64,000 nt of DNA from Octopus vulgaris (Eukaryota): positions 80,476,001 to 80,540,000 of the forward strand of contig OX597816.1 in assembly GCA_951406725.2 (NCBI GenBank), given 5' to 3'. The notes under the pieces were generated by a model, which saw only the letters and a list, made by a program, of their open reading frames with translations, did not search any database and was not told the DNA's origin. Position numbers and translations under genes: made by a program. Positions 12,326 through 27,195 of the stretch are shown here, in pieces (position 1 is the first letter of the stretch; every line of letters begins with the position of its first letter).

Positions 12326-15321
12326 TCATGGAGGCTTTCTAGCAACTGCTATTTGGTGCATGAGAGAGTTCGATGCAGCTGCCCTCATCTGCCCCTCCTG
12401 CCGTGAAGTTGGTTCATCTGGGACACCTGACAGGAAGAGATCCAGCTCCATTTTAAAGACATCTGTATCCACCCCATGCAGGTCTCTCAGGTTCATCGGG
12501 AGGATATTGAAGAGCTGTGGGCCTCGGAAGCCCAGGCTATCACAGAATCTTGTCCTACATCTTGATGGCAAGTTTGGAGTCCTAGGCACCACGCAGTGGC
12601 GCCCAGGTCTGGCGTTTGCGTAACTCTCGATGCCACAGTTCAGGACACTTCCCTCCAGGATCTTCCAGATGTATATTATGGCATATCTTTCCCGCCTACG
12701 CTCCAGGGAATATAATTTTAATCTCTTGAGTCTTTCCCAGTAGCTTACATTCTGCATAGAGGCTATCTTCTTCGTGTAGCTTCGTTGGATCGCCTCAAGT
12801 TCTGTGATCAACTTGACACTGGATGGTGACCATAGCTGAGAGCAATAGTCAAAGTGACTTAGGACAAGTGTCTTCCAGAGGACCATCATGGTTTCTTGTT
12901 CTCTTGTTCTAAAGGTTCTAAGAATCCAGCCAGCCAGCCGTCTGCATTTCATTGTCAGTTTAGCAACATGTACATGAAAGGTCGCGTCATCAGTCATGTG
13001 AATACCCAGGTCACGCACTGATTGTGCCTCTGGGATTGCAATCCCTCCGGGTCCAGTGTATTCCTTGGGTATTGCATTCAGTTTTGCATGCTGATAGTAT
13101 AAAGCTTGAAACTTTTCAGCATTGAACTGCATGCTATTCTTTTCAGCCCACTTGTATATTTCGTCCAGCTCATATTGCAGGTGCCTAGTGTCTTCAGGGT
13201 TCTGTATTGCCTGTGAAACTTTTGTATCATCTGCATAACTTGTGATCGTGGCTCTCCGCGTGGCTGAGGGCATGTCTGAGAGGGCCATTATGAACAGTAG
13301 TGGTCCCAAAACAGTGCCCTGTGGAACACCGCTCACTATTTGCGTGCTAATGGAAGTGGCCCCATTGGCTACTACCACCTGACTTCTATTCTTCAGAAAG
13401 TCGTGAAGCCATTCTCCTAGTTTTCCAACTATGCCAAGATCACGCAGTTTGTGACATATCATTCCATGATCGACTTTATCGAAGGCCTTTGCGAAGTCGA
13501 GATATATCACTTCCACATTTGAGTGGTTGAGCAGTTGTTTCAGCACCCAGTCATAGTGCTGCAGGAGCTGAGTTAAGCAGCTTCTTCCTGGTCGGAAACC
13601 ATGTTGGGTGTCAGGCAGCAAGTCATTTTCTTCAAGGAAGGTGATTAGTTTCCTTCTGACTATTCGTTCCATGACCTTGCTGATGTGTGAGGTCAGAGAG
13701 ATAGGTCTGTAGTTCTTGGCCTCCGCTCTGCTACCTCCTTTATGAATAGGGCATATTTTACCTTCCTTCAGTTTTCTTGGAAGTTTGCCAGCTGCAAGGA
13801 AGCTCTGAAAGAGGAACTGCAGTGGTCTTGCTAAGACTCTCTTACATACTTTTAGGAGGATTGCCGGGAATCCATCGGGGCCAATAGCTGAGTCTATTTT
13901 CATTTCATCTATAGCCTTTATTACATCGTCTTCCTTTATATCGATGTAATTTAACGTCGCCGCCTCTGATTCTATATCTGCAGTGGTAAAAAAGTCAGTT
14001 GGATTGCTGATTTGGAAATGCCCAAGGGGTGGAGTTAAAACACTCTTGAATTGTTCATTCAGTATTTCACTTACCCTCATTGGTTTTCCTGTGAGTGTGC
14101 CATCCTTTTCAAGGAGTGGCCCTATCCTACAGTGCACCGTAGCTGTTTCTTTGGCATACCTGTAGAAAGCTCTGGGGTTAGTTTTTATGTTGTCTATAGC
14201 CCAGGCTTCTTTGTCTGCTCTATCCTTCTCATGGGAGAGTTGCAGACAATTTTCAATTTCCAACAGTTTTATTTTCAGGCGGGACTTTTCACTGCTTTCA
14301 ATTTGTTTGTTTAGGCGATTTGAGATTTTTGTGCGCCGTCTCATTAAAATTTTTCTCTCTCTGGGGATTTTGTTCTTGTGTACAGTGGCCTTTCTCTCTG
14401 GGACACATTTGTAGCATATGGATTGCATTACGGACATGAATTGTTGAAGTATCATGTCGATGTCCGGCGAGGAGAGACATTCAGGCCAGTTTTGTTTGAG
14501 GATCTCTTTCTCAATTTGTTTCCAGTTTGCCTTATTGAAGTTCAAGCTGGAAAGATTCTGAGGGTTTCTTGTAGGCTGCATGTCCGTGCTCTCTTTTGAC
14601 CCGTACATGGTCAGCTCTACCATGTTGTGATCCGAGAGTAGTGTCGGTGTCACTTTCACATTATGGATGAGATCCATATTATTTGTGAAGCAGAGATCCA
14701 GTGTGTTACCCGCTCTGGTTGGTTGGAGTATTACTTGCTCCATGTACAGGGTGTTGGTAAGGTTCAGGAGGGACCTCGCCTGTCCTCGTTCACATCTTGT
14801 CATTCCTGGGAGAGAAAGGCCCTCGGGCCATCTGACATTCGGTAGATTGAAGTCTCCCATGAGAAGTACACTTATGTGTTGTTCTAATGTGGTTAGAACT
14901 TCTTCTATTTTTAAAAGGCAGTCCTCAAACTTGCCCATATGACTTGGGGCATCTGGAGGGCGATATGTAGCACACACAACTACATCAAGTTGCCTTATGT
15001 GTACAATTAGTGTGTCACACACCGAGTTTGAGTATGACAAAAGGACCTGGGGTTTGAGGTCCCCACGGATGTACATAGCAACTCCTCCATGACTTCTTTC
15101 TTTCCTGTCGGTCCGTAGTACAACATACTGTGGTATGTGTAATTCCGCATCTGCTATGTCCGGTTTCAGATGCGTTTCTGTGAGTGCTATGCATAGGCTT
15201 GATTGCATGCGACAAAGTCTCTCAGGAACGGGACTTTTGTCCTGTTACTGAGTGTTTGCAGTCCTCTGATGTTCAGTAGGAGCATCGAGGTGAGGTGTAC
15301 GTTGTTGCCGGCGGTGTCCAT
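12326..15321 (-). pseudogene. LINE ORF2, copy B (APE+RT), complete length but with a 1-nt deletion near 15193
   Basis: Nearly identical to copy A ORF2. Copy A gccttatgc versus copy B gcctatgc splits it into the 80-aa and 960-aa track ORFs. It retains YWERLKRLKLYSLERRRER. Confidence 0.9.
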
Positions 15322-16164
15322 CCTGGGTCTGTTTGCTGTGGTGGTCTGGTATATAGTGGGTAGTCCCACCTGCGGGCTTGGGTTTGATAAAGCCAGGTCA
15401 GCTGCTGTACAATCTTTTGTGCCATGCACAAAAAAGATTCCTGCTCAGCAGCTGCCCTTTCAACAACACGTTGGTGGTTTGTGGTACGCACCACATCTGC
15501 GTACCTCCGTTTTGGGGCCGGTGATGCGTAGTCCATCCCATTTCCTTTCGGTGGTTGGTTTCTGTGGCAGGGTCCCGGATGTGCAAAGCGGCAGCCTGCA
15601 CCTTCCTCTCCATGCCGGCAGGCACCTTTCAGGTAGAACCTACATACCCGTGTGCGCTGCTTGTTTCCATCCTTTTTGGCATATGGACAGTTAGGTTTGC
15701 CTCTATCCCTGGCTGCCTTGCCCCTTGGCTTTGTCTGAGTTTTAGCTTTAGTTTTTCCTCTTTTTTTTGGCCTCTCCATCTCCATGTCCATGGCTTTTGG
15801 TGCCGGTAGGAGCATCCGTACCTGGGTTCACCTCCCGGGCAGGCCTCTCGTTGGAGTTTTCTTCCTGGGCGTCCACCAGGTGGGGGTGACCCTCCTCATC
15901 TGCGCCCGCGTCTCCATCCTTGCCATCTTTACTTTGTTCGCGTTTTTCGCTGTTAAAAATGGCATCCAGTGTGTTTATGTGCGATCTTACAAGTGCGTAT
16001 GAGCGTACGAACTCTTGCCTCTTCCGCTCTATTTGTGCTGACGTCCTTTTGAATCCTTTGTTCCTTAGTGCTGCCGCAATTACGTTACTTGGACTTTCTC
16101 CGTCAGCGCATTGCCATCCTCGTAGGAACCACGACAGTTCATCACGTTTCCAAGCTCTGGACAT
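15273..16164 (-). CDS. LINE ORF1, copy B (trihelix Myb/SANT-like plus CCCH), frameshifted at an A8 run (15761-15768)
   Basis: MSRAWKRDEL...IAAALRNKGFKRTSAQIERK and CRFYLKGACRHGEEGAGCRFAH; removing one A joins the 138-aa and 180-aa ORFs. Confidence 0.8.
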
Positions 16165-16449
16165 TCTTGATATATTATCTATCTATCTAATTATGTTAAG
16201 TTATATTAATCCAATAGTAGGGGGTAATAGAGAAAGAGAGCGTCCGTGCACTTAAGGAGAGATTGGGAGCCAAGAGAAGAGAGCAAGAGAGAAGAGGAAG
16301 AGGAGATACTGAGTGCTGAAGGAAGATAGAGAAAGCCTCTATGCCCTCAGAGAGAGATTGAGAGCTGAGAGAGGAGAGCTGAGACAGACAGAGAAGCGCA
16401 AGGGAGAGAACCGAAGAGACAGACAGAGAGATCTGAAGAGACAGATCTC

Positions 16450-17312
<863 letters not shown>

Positions 17313-17318
17313 TGCATA

Positions 17319-17418
17319 CAGGGTGCGGTAAATAAACTGTCGTCTACATTACGCAAAAATGAAAATAACACTGACATCACATTTTAACAGATATATTAAT
17401 CAAAATTATATGAATACA
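17319..17418 (+). mobile_element. Possible solo terminus of a Tc1/mariner-superfamily element
   Basis: TA followed by CAGGGTG, a typical TIR start; no partner end found. Confidence 0.3.
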
Positions 17419-18579
17419 TCCTGATTATATGTTTGGTGCATGTATATTTGTGAACGTGTAATGCACACGATATCTTCAATGGAAAAGTGACATAGGCGTG
17501 TGTGTATGTTGTGTGCATGTGTGTGTGTGTGTGTTATGAGAGAACAAGCAGAACAATATACTGTGAACGAAGACGTTTAGTAGTCGATTTAAATCTATAT
17601 AAATAATCTTTCATTTATTTTATTTTCCAAACCATACAACACAAGAAATTTGAAGCATACAAGATATCTCAGCAAAAGTCAAACTCTAATGCAAATAGCT
17701 GCTAAATTGCCCTCTCACACTCCGTCACCTTTAAAAAAAGATGATAGAACTAGAACTACAACGTAGAAACACTTGTCAAATTCAAGTAAAAATATGAAGG
17801 AAGCAATAGCGTAATGCAGATTTGTCAGTGATATGTTGCTGTGTATTAGCAGACTGAATGCCATTCCTGATTGAACTAACCTGTATTAAAAAACCATTCA
17901 GTCATGACCATCCTGTATATATATTTTCAGAATCATATCCTACCATCTCAGCAAAGAAGACAGGTGATGATGTGATCCTGGCCACAAAAGAAGGAAACAA
18001 AGCAGGAGAATCTTAACTTTAATACCTTTGATTTTATATCTACTCCGCTGGGACTGAATACTAAGTATAGCACTCTATTATTATAATCATTTCCACAGTT
18101 TGCGGCAAAAAGTGTTATATATTATCATGCCACTTCTTTTTAGACAAGTAAAGTCAATCTATGAGAATTATCTCAGTTGCAAACGTAGCGCTGCTTCCGA
18201 ACTGATAAGCCCCTGGCTTAAAGGCCAACATTTCATACACGCGTCCAACTGTGACTCGTGAGCTTTATGTATGTAATCAATGTACAGGCATTAGTTCTTA
18301 AGGAATCTATTATATTTGATTACACAGTAAGAAACAAATTCTTTGCAACGTTCTATTTAATAAAACTTCGATTAAAGCAGTTCATACTTAAACACTTGTA
18401 GCAAAACCGTTCCATTAACTAATTTCTATCCGTTTTCATTCATTTAAATGCTAATTTTTTAAGCTCGGAAAAATATTCTCTCCTAACTCCTTACCAGCAA
18501 CACTTGGATTCTTTTGTAATTGCTGTATTTGTAGAAGAAGAAGATATAATAGTAGTAGTAGTAGTAGTTGCTGTTGTTG

Positions 18580-18613
<34 letters not shown>

Positions 18614-19157
18614 TGGTGGTAGTGGAGATGGTAAATATTGCGTTAGTTGTATGTTTTGGCAATGACGGTGATGAGTAAAAAACTACTTTCTCCTATTTTT
18701 CTTATATTTCTATAATTATAATTTAGTTTTATTTCTTGCTACTCTTATTAGTTTTGATGCTGTTGTTGTTCTTGTTGATGTCAGTGATAGTGGAAAGGAT
18801 GGCAATGTTGTTGATGATGAGAGCGATAGTTGTATTATTTTTATTGTTTTTTTTTTTTTTGCTGCAGTTGATTCTGTTGTTCCAGTTACTGCTGCTGATG
18901 TATTTACTTGCTAGTTCATATCAATGTTAGCAATGAATGTGTCGATGGAAGTTTTGTTGAACAAAAATCCTTTTCCATACCGATATCATGGAAGCTCCTA
19001 CCATGTTCGTGATTATTGTGAGAGTCGTTCTCTACAGTATGTTGTCGATAGTGCTGACACTAGTTTTGTAAGCAAGAATGTTGATAGTGATACTGATGAT
19101 GAAAGTGTTGTTCTCGTTATTGTTCTTGCTTTATAGTTAATATTGGTAGTAACGGTA

Positions 19158-19315
19158 AGGCGGCGAACTAATAGAATCGTTAGTACACTTGACAAGTTCA
19201 AATTCCACCGAAGACGACAATTCCCCTTTTGTTCATTTCTGGACAAAAGTGTCGATGTAACCGCCATACACTCCTTCTCAGTAGTGCTAGCTTTGTGCCA
19301 AAATTTGAAACTATT
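19158..19315 (+). mobile_element. Degraded tRNA-derived SINE (family 1)
   Basis: ggcggcgaactaatagaatcgttag...gttcaaattccaccgaag...ttgtgccaaaatttgaaac. Confidence 0.7.
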
Positions 19316-19659
19316 ATGGGTAGCCACGTTGATGTTGTTGTTGTTGGTGGTGGTGGTGTTTAACTCCTAATTCACCCTGTTACAGAAAACGTGTCACCGA
19401 TGACCCAGGCATGACCAATCTGTGCTATTCCTTGCAGACTGAGTGAACACGTGAAAGTTTCCGTATAAATTACCGTAATAATGATGCCAGTACCGTTCAC
19501 GCGCCTACTGCTGCTGTTATTATTGTGGTTGTTGTTTCGTGTATTCCCTGATTAACCCAAATCGTACAGGTCTACAATCAAAAGTATTCCAGCCTCGGCA
19601 TTTCCGTTATTATTCCTTTTTGTTTTAAGGTTACATAGGGCAGCATTTTGGTTCCTGAT

Positions 19660-19860
19660 CTAAGCGCAAGACCAGTGATATATAGAGATGCAGAATAGTC
19701 GATACAACAAACTCATTACTTCACAGGTACATTTATCGACCCCACGGGTGGGGAGAAAAGACAAATTTGACCTCGAAGAGGGTTGAACTCAGATTGTAAA
19801 GAGCCGGAGAAAACTGTAAGGCTTTCTTCAACGCTCAAACGATTCAGCCAACTCGCCCCC
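19660..19860 (-). mobile_element. Degraded SINE (family 1)
   Basis: tttatcgacccc...tttgacctcg...ttgaactcag...gattcagccaactcgcc is the reverse complement of the family pattern. Confidence 0.65.
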
Positions 19861-20789
19861 TTTACGTAAAGTTACACAATCTAGCATGTCCTGATTTATG
19901 TTAATAGAAGATAATTTGAAGGAAACGTAGCTGTTATTTTTAGCAAGAAAATCAGTGACATATTGTCCCCGACAGTATATAAATGGTGGATCTTGTTGAT
20001 GTTATTGATGCTACTGTTGGTATTTTTGTTTCAAGTTTGCAGTAGTTTATTTATGTGCGTGATTGGCTAGTATTAATAATGTCGGCGTGTATGCATTTAT
20101 AAGCGTGACGTCGTACAGCCACTTGTTGTTCGTGTTGTTGTTCTTGCTGTTGTTTATGTAACAGTTATTTCTTTCGTACGCCATGCTTGTCACAGTTGTT
20201 GTTTCGCTTCCTATTTACTGGTTTTGCAGTTATTATAGTTTCTACTGATCGTGTTATTGCAGTCGCTGTCATTTCTGTAATTATTGTTTGTTTTTTGTGG
20301 TGTGTGGTGGTGATGGTAGTGGGGAGCTGCCGGTGTTAATACTTGTGAATTTGATGAAGATGATGATGAGGAGAAGGATGGTATTATTATTTCCCGAATT
20401 GCTGTTATCGATATGCCTTTTTTGTTTTCCTGTTAGGATTTTTTATATTAATACGTTTGAATGCTTGTGTGACCATTGCGTTGTTGTTGTATTTGATGTT
20501 GTTATAGTTGTGGTGATAGTCTGAAAATGTTATTACTACTTTCATCATCCTTTTCCCCCTGTCTTTGTTTATAATTTACGTTTTTGTTGTTATTGTTAAA
20601 GTAACTAAAACTGCCCTAGTTATTATTTTATTGTTGTTCTTGTATGTAGGACGATAATCATGATGATGACGACGACAACGAAGATGGTGAAAAGGACGGT
20701 GATTATGACGATAAAGATGAAGGTGAGGATAATGATGATTATTTCCATTAGTCTACCCCACAACAATCGTGGACCACGTCTCGAGAGGT

Positions 20790-21880
20790 AACTTCCCACC
20801 AGGCTGTGAGAGATAACATTTCGCGTGCCAACTCTGAAACATTGCACAGTCCTATGACCCGCATCAATTCACGGACATACAGGTCTAAAGGTCAGGCTTG
20901 AACGTCCTCACAGAGTTATAGAAAAAGAATCGCATTAACAGGTTGATTTGCTCGATGAAAACAGTAGCCTCAAAATTTTAACCGTCTTTGCTTGGCTGCC
21001 TGGCTGAAGAACGTTAAAGATCCATATATTGTATTGTTTGGTATAGTATAAGATCGGCATGAAAGACGTATAAGACCTTACACAGAAATTAAGTGTCTGT
21101 ATCGTCTGGTGATCGTTGTAGAACCACTGCAAGAGACCAGCATTTAGAGCCGTATGACAGAACATTTTCTATAGTAGCACGAATTAGGCGTAGCTTGAGC
21201 TCACGTTATAGTTGTGGTGCTTACTAAATTTTCTATAACTTTTCGGACGCTGACCAAGTTTTAAATTTACGAATGCTACAATCTGTGCTGGTAGAGTGAA
21301 TGCGAAATCTCAGGCAGTAGAAATCGCCAACTGACTCATTTGGCCCCGATGAAAGTGTATTTTTACCAGTGATTATGATCTTTTTCTTCCAGAGATTTAT
21401 TGGGAAATCAACATCAATGGCAGCCGACTGAAGATTTTTAGGAGAATTTGAGCGTGTATGATTGTATGTAAAACGAGTGCGTTGTCATCTGCTAAACTAA
21501 GATCAACGAGTATGGTGCTGGACAACGTGAATTTTGGTGGGGTCAGAGAGTTATGTCTAGCTCAGACACTATAGCCTACCGTAGTATGTTGTCGAAGATT
21601 ATGATGTAAAGGAAAGAAGATAAGTTGTCTCCTAAGAGAACTCTTGCGTTGTCTGCGAATGTGTTACTATCTCTGCCACGGATGCATAGGAATCTTTTGC
21701 ATTCCCCATAGATAAAACAGTTATCATTTACAACTTCTTTTGGTATGTCATTCGCAGCATGAATCTGAAATATTCGAACATGGTCAAAACCACTAAGAAC
21801 TCTAACTGCTGCTAAACAGCTAAAGACCGGCAAATTGTGTACCATAGTGTTCCGCCGGAATGTTTTTCTATTTCATCCTA
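20790..21880 (-). pseudogene. Degraded RTE-type LINE RT fragment
   Basis: IFQIHAANDIPKEVV...ARVLLGDNLSSFLYIIIFDNILR resembles the RTE pattern IL.AYGIP...AGVLQGDTLAPFLFII.LDYILR. Confidence 0.6.
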
Positions 21881-21924
21881 TTCTAAATTCTATTTAGATC
21901 ACCTATCGAGCTCATCGAAATTCA

Positions 21925-22275
21925 AGCTGAACCGCATCATTCTTGTCCCATAAAGGGGTAGATATATCAGGATACGGCTCGTATCGTGACATTAGCCTGA
22001 TGTCATGCTCAGCCAAACTCTTTAACCGTATCATGTTCAGTCGAATCGGAGACTCTATCGAAACAGTGCTCAGATCAAACCAATACCGTTTCGTAAAGGC
22101 CGCTCCACCCTTGAAGGTATTTTGACTCATTAAAACATCTCAATGAAGAAAGATACGTCTTTGTGCGCCATCTTTGTAGATTTTGCCAAAGCTTTTGACT
22201 CGGTTCTATAGCGAGCAAATGTTTCAGATATTCTTTGCCTTAGGCATAACGAATGAAATTGTAAATGTCATCCAC
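21925..22275 (+). pseudogene. Degraded RTE-type RT fragment, opposite strand
   Basis: KG...YRDISLMSCSAKLFNRIMFSRI...LRSNQYRF, then AIFVDFAKAFDSV and MFQIFFALGITNEIVNVI. Confidence 0.75.
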
Positions 22276-23144
22276 TCTGATGATTACGATAATGATGGGG
22301 TTGCCTTCCTAATTTCTGTTGTTTATTTTGTTCTTGCTGCTGTCCAAATCACCTTTGTTCTTCTTCTTTTTCTTCTCAAAAATAAACAAAGAAATTTATT
22401 ACACACTTTCCGATTTTCTCTATAGTTACAGTTATCGTTCTTCTTTCATTCGAAGTGATATTCTGATGTTTCTGATTTTTAAAATCTTTTATATTTTTGT
22501 GATGTATAGATGTAGCATTGTAACTAAAGCCTTATACCCGTAAATATAGTTGTTCTTGTTGTTATTATTGTAACTCTCAAAGAAACGATACGCGTACGTT
22601 TATACATACATTAACACACGCACACAGACACACATTCATATATGCATATATCTATGCATCTAACTCTTCTTTCTCTCACTTGATTTCTCTCTACGTACAC
22701 ACATACACACATATATGCATATGTGTGTGTATGCGTGCGCGACCGTGTGTGTTTGTGTGTTTGTGTGTGTGTACTTGTATGTATTTATGTAAGGGAGGAA
22801 CAATGTTCGAGTTAAAAATAATCACTTAGGAACAATTTAGAAATCGGTGATGCGAACGACCTTCGGTTCTGTAGAGTTAGCAATGCAATGTAAGATAATT
22901 TAATGTCGCTTTGTTAGCTAAAAGCTTCCTGTGTGAAGATTCCATGTATCTCTATGTAGATTGCACAGGAATTCATACACAGATACAGACACATACATAT
23001 ACTTAAATACACAACCTCACGCACATACACATACAAACAATAAGGTCAACATATCTTCAAGCAATCAGCTATCTCCTCGTCCTCTTTCACCATATATATA
23101 TATATATATATATACTTGAGTGTGTGTGTGTGTGTATGAGAATT

Positions 23145-23220
<76 letters not shown>

Positions 23221-23482
23221 ATACACATGCACACATTTGTAATATATAAATATGTGCGAATGTGTTTCGCAAGTGTGTGTGTAAGTTAAAATCCATCAAT
23301 GTATATGTTCAAATAAAAAAACACCATTCCACTGCACAGAATAAGATGATCACAGTAACCCACCTTGCATACAATCAATTTTATTATACCTTATTGAAAA
23401 AATAAGGTATCTCTTTTACTTTTTCTGCTTCTGTGCGTATATAGACTTACATACATGTGTGTATGTGTGTGTGTATGCAAAA

Positions 23483-23531
<49 letters not shown>

Positions 23532-23631
23532 TATATTATGCATATATACGTATATATTATAGATATATAAATATATATTATACATATATATATAAACATA
23601 TATATACATATGCATCTAAATGTACATAAAG

Positions 23632-23697
<66 letters not shown>

Positions 23698-23955
23698 AGT
23701 ACTATAACACCATAATTGAGTACTGACATAATACAGAAGCGAGGGATATTGTTAAAACAAAGTTAAAAAAAAAACAGGAAAGATCTTGGATAGAAAATCA
23801 CTGTTCTGGAAAATGTATTCTAGATTGTCTGCAGTGTTTAACTATCTTAATTTTATTTTCTCAACTACGCGTATGTGTGTGCATATATATACATATATAT
23901 ACACGCATGTGTCTTGCTGAGATTAGGTATTAAACATTAAAGGAATCTGTCCTCC

Positions 23956-24122
23956 CACAAAAATTTCCGGTTGTGACATTATTTTTTGTTTAGCTTTCTC
24001 TCTTTTTTTCTCTCTCTCTTTCCTTCCCCCTCTTTCTCTCTCTCTCCGTTTTTTCCACAAAAATTTCCGGTTTTGACATTATTTTTTGTTTAGCTTTCTC
24101 TCTCTCTCCCTCTCTCTGTTTT
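23956..24122 (+). repeat. Local tandem duplication with ~100-bp period
   Basis: ccacaaaaatttccggtt(g/t)tgacattattttttgtttagctttctctct at ~23956 and ~24055. Confidence 0.85.
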
Positions 24123-24644
24123 TTTTACAATTAATGATTTATTTTACTGTTTTCTAGTCAAAACGATAGTGATGTTTATGCTGATGACTACGGTGATAAT
24201 GAAGGTGAGGAAAAGGGTGAGGCGGAAGATCATGATCATTATGCCGATCATCATCATCATCGTAATCATGATAATCATGATCATCACCATAGGAGTGGCA
24301 AAAGATGTTCTATACCCACTGTGGAAATCTACTGAATTCGTAGTGGTAATTGTAAGAATGGTCTGTGCTCATACATACACTTAAAGAGCTGACCCTTCCC
24401 GTTGCTAACCAGAGGAATGAGGATGCTGAGGCATCTCTTTTATATTATGTATTTTTATATAATCCATGCCTGTATTGTTTCATAATCTTCCTTGCGTAAA
24501 TGCTGAGTATATTTTGTAATTATTGCTTTTAATATATTCCCTTTATTAATTGTCCTTATGATAAATAACATTACAATAATTTCGTTATGAAGCGAATGCT
24601 GCACGTAGCATATTTCTTTCTTTCGTTATTTATTTATTTATTTT

Positions 24645-24941
<297 letters not shown>

Positions 24942-25087
24942 AATGCCACTTTTTTCTTGCAGAAATCTTGCATCCAAGACATTAAATCTCCCTATTTCAG
25001 AATATGAACTGTGTTCTATTCAGTAGACTAGTTGTTTTACTATTTCTAAACACTGTTTTAATATTCTATTGAGTCATGTCATCTTAC

Positions 25088-25640
25088 GCTTGAGTTCAAG
25101 CGACGCCGAAGCGAACTTTGTATTGTATCCTTCCGATAACATAACGTAATTGTCAGGAACAGGAGTCAATTGAATCGTTTGTCTACTCCTAGATTTCTGA
25201 CCTTAGTTGCTACGTTTAAAACAACTTTTATAATTGGTAGAATCGTTAGTGCGCCGGATAAAATGCTTAGCAGTGTTTCGTTCGAGTATATGCTGTAAGG
25301 ATAAAAGGCTTCGGTGGAGCACTGGGCTCAATGTAATCGACTTTACCACTTATCCGAAATTGCTGGCCTTGTGACAAAATTTGAAACTATTATTAGCGTT
25401 ATCATTATTATTACTATTAAGGTGTCATGTTGACAGAATTGTTACCATAGCGGACAAAATGCTTAGTGACATTTCTTTCGGCTTTGTTTTGAGTTCGAGT
25501 TTCGCCGAGGTCTACTTTACCTTTCATCCTTCCCAGATCTATAAAATAAGTACCAGCTGATCAATGAGGTTGATGTAATAGACGAGTCACTCACCCACCA
25601 AATTTCAAACCTTGTACCTATAGTAGACAGAATTATTATT
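25088..25640 (+). mobile_element. Head-to-tail cluster of three degraded family-1 SINEs
   Basis: Copies at ~25088-25225, 25236-25390 and 25420-25635, the latter two followed by short ATT runs. Confidence 0.7.
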
Positions 25641-26723
25641 AGGGATGTTAGCTTGAAATTTGGGAACAAACCTTCTCAAATATTTCTATGGATACTTGCA
25701 AAATATAGGATGGTGCTTTTATGCAGGTTGGCAGTATATGTCCCAATTCAAATAGTCTACAGCCTCCTAAGTAGAGGTTTGAGTATCATACCGACTGTAG
25801 AAATTACCAAATAAACAATGTTGTGTATCACAATGTCTTTTTCAGTCTGGCTAAGGCATGGAATTTCTCAATTGTCACAGCATTCTTCACTTTCAACATT
25901 CCCGATTAACTACGTAAACTGATCATGTATTTCCTAGTTCTTTTTTTGTTTTTGTTTTTCCAATGATTTCTAACGTTTTTCTTTCTGTTCTTGAGTACTG
26001 TCAATGTTTCAGTGACTTCTCCTGTATTTCTGGTCGCAGAGTACCGACGATGCCTTCTGTATTTAACAAACCACTATCTCCTCCCATTCTTAGTAGGTAA
26101 AACCTATCAATATTTCTTTTAGGCTGTTTTACGATAAGCATTTTGAATGGCTTCCTAGTTCTTCTATCGAAATCCAGTAGCTTTGTTATCATCATCATAC
26201 TCATCTTCAACTTTATTAGCAGCAGCATTATCGTTCCCATCGTCGTCGTTGTCGTCATCATCATCATCATCATCATCATCATTCTTTTGACTGTTGTTTA
26301 GTAACCAAAATTATACACTAAAATTAAGCTCACTGCCGACTGCGAGCATTTAATAGTTATAAATCTTGAAAGATTTATCTTTGTGTTTTATACCTTCCAT
26401 CTAGGTTTAAATTTTATTTGTATATTCATTTATTTATTCCTTTTAAAGATAAGTTGTCTATTATCATTTTTATGTCTGCTATCGCTGTAGAATCCTCGAA
26501 AACTGAATCATTGCGATTCGCTTATGTCACATTGCTGACAAACAAATGTGGTACGTTTCTCTTCATTAATTTCAGTAAAACCTTATAGAATATAATAACT
26601 GTTTTTAAGCTACCTTCAAGTTAACCACCAAAGAAACAAAACATAGAAAATAACCTCAGAATAAAGCCAAAAACTATGTAATGAACGAACTGTTGTTATA
26701 GTGGTGGCCATTGTAGGAGTGAG

Positions 26724-26846
<123 letters not shown>

Positions 26847-26919
26847 TATTCTTTTATTAGCCACATACAATAACATAAAAAACAAAAATAGGACGATAGA
26901 AAGGGTTTATATATAGATC

Positions 26920-26972
<53 letters not shown>

Positions 26973-26989
26973 ATATATATCGTTGGAGT

Positions 26990-27195
26990 TTGTGTGTGTA
27001 TATGTTTGTGTGTCTGTGTTACTCCACGCATCATCGCATGACAACAGATACTGGTGTGTTTACGTCTCCGTTTCTTAGCGTTTCGGCAAAAGAGACCGAT
27101 AGAATAAGTACTAGACTTACAAAGAATAGTCGATTCGCTCAACTAAAGACAGTGCTCTAGAATGGCCGCGATCAAGTAAAAGAATAAAAGAATAT
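26990..27195 (+). mobile_element. 3' half of SINE family 2 (LINE-like tail)
   Basis: gacaacagatactggtgtgtttacgtc...ttcggcaaaagagaccgatagaataagtactag...cagtgctctagaatggccgc...aagtaaaagaataaaagaa, homologous to the copies at 59377 and 61141. Confidence 0.75.

Larger units (their letters stand above)
12238..16449 (-). mobile_element. Near-full-length CR1-group LINE, copy B
   Basis: Same ORF1/ORF2/3' tail layout as copy A. (GATT)5 at 12238-12257, ~285-nt pyrimidine-rich 5' UTR, and (TA)n on both sides. Confidence 0.92.
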
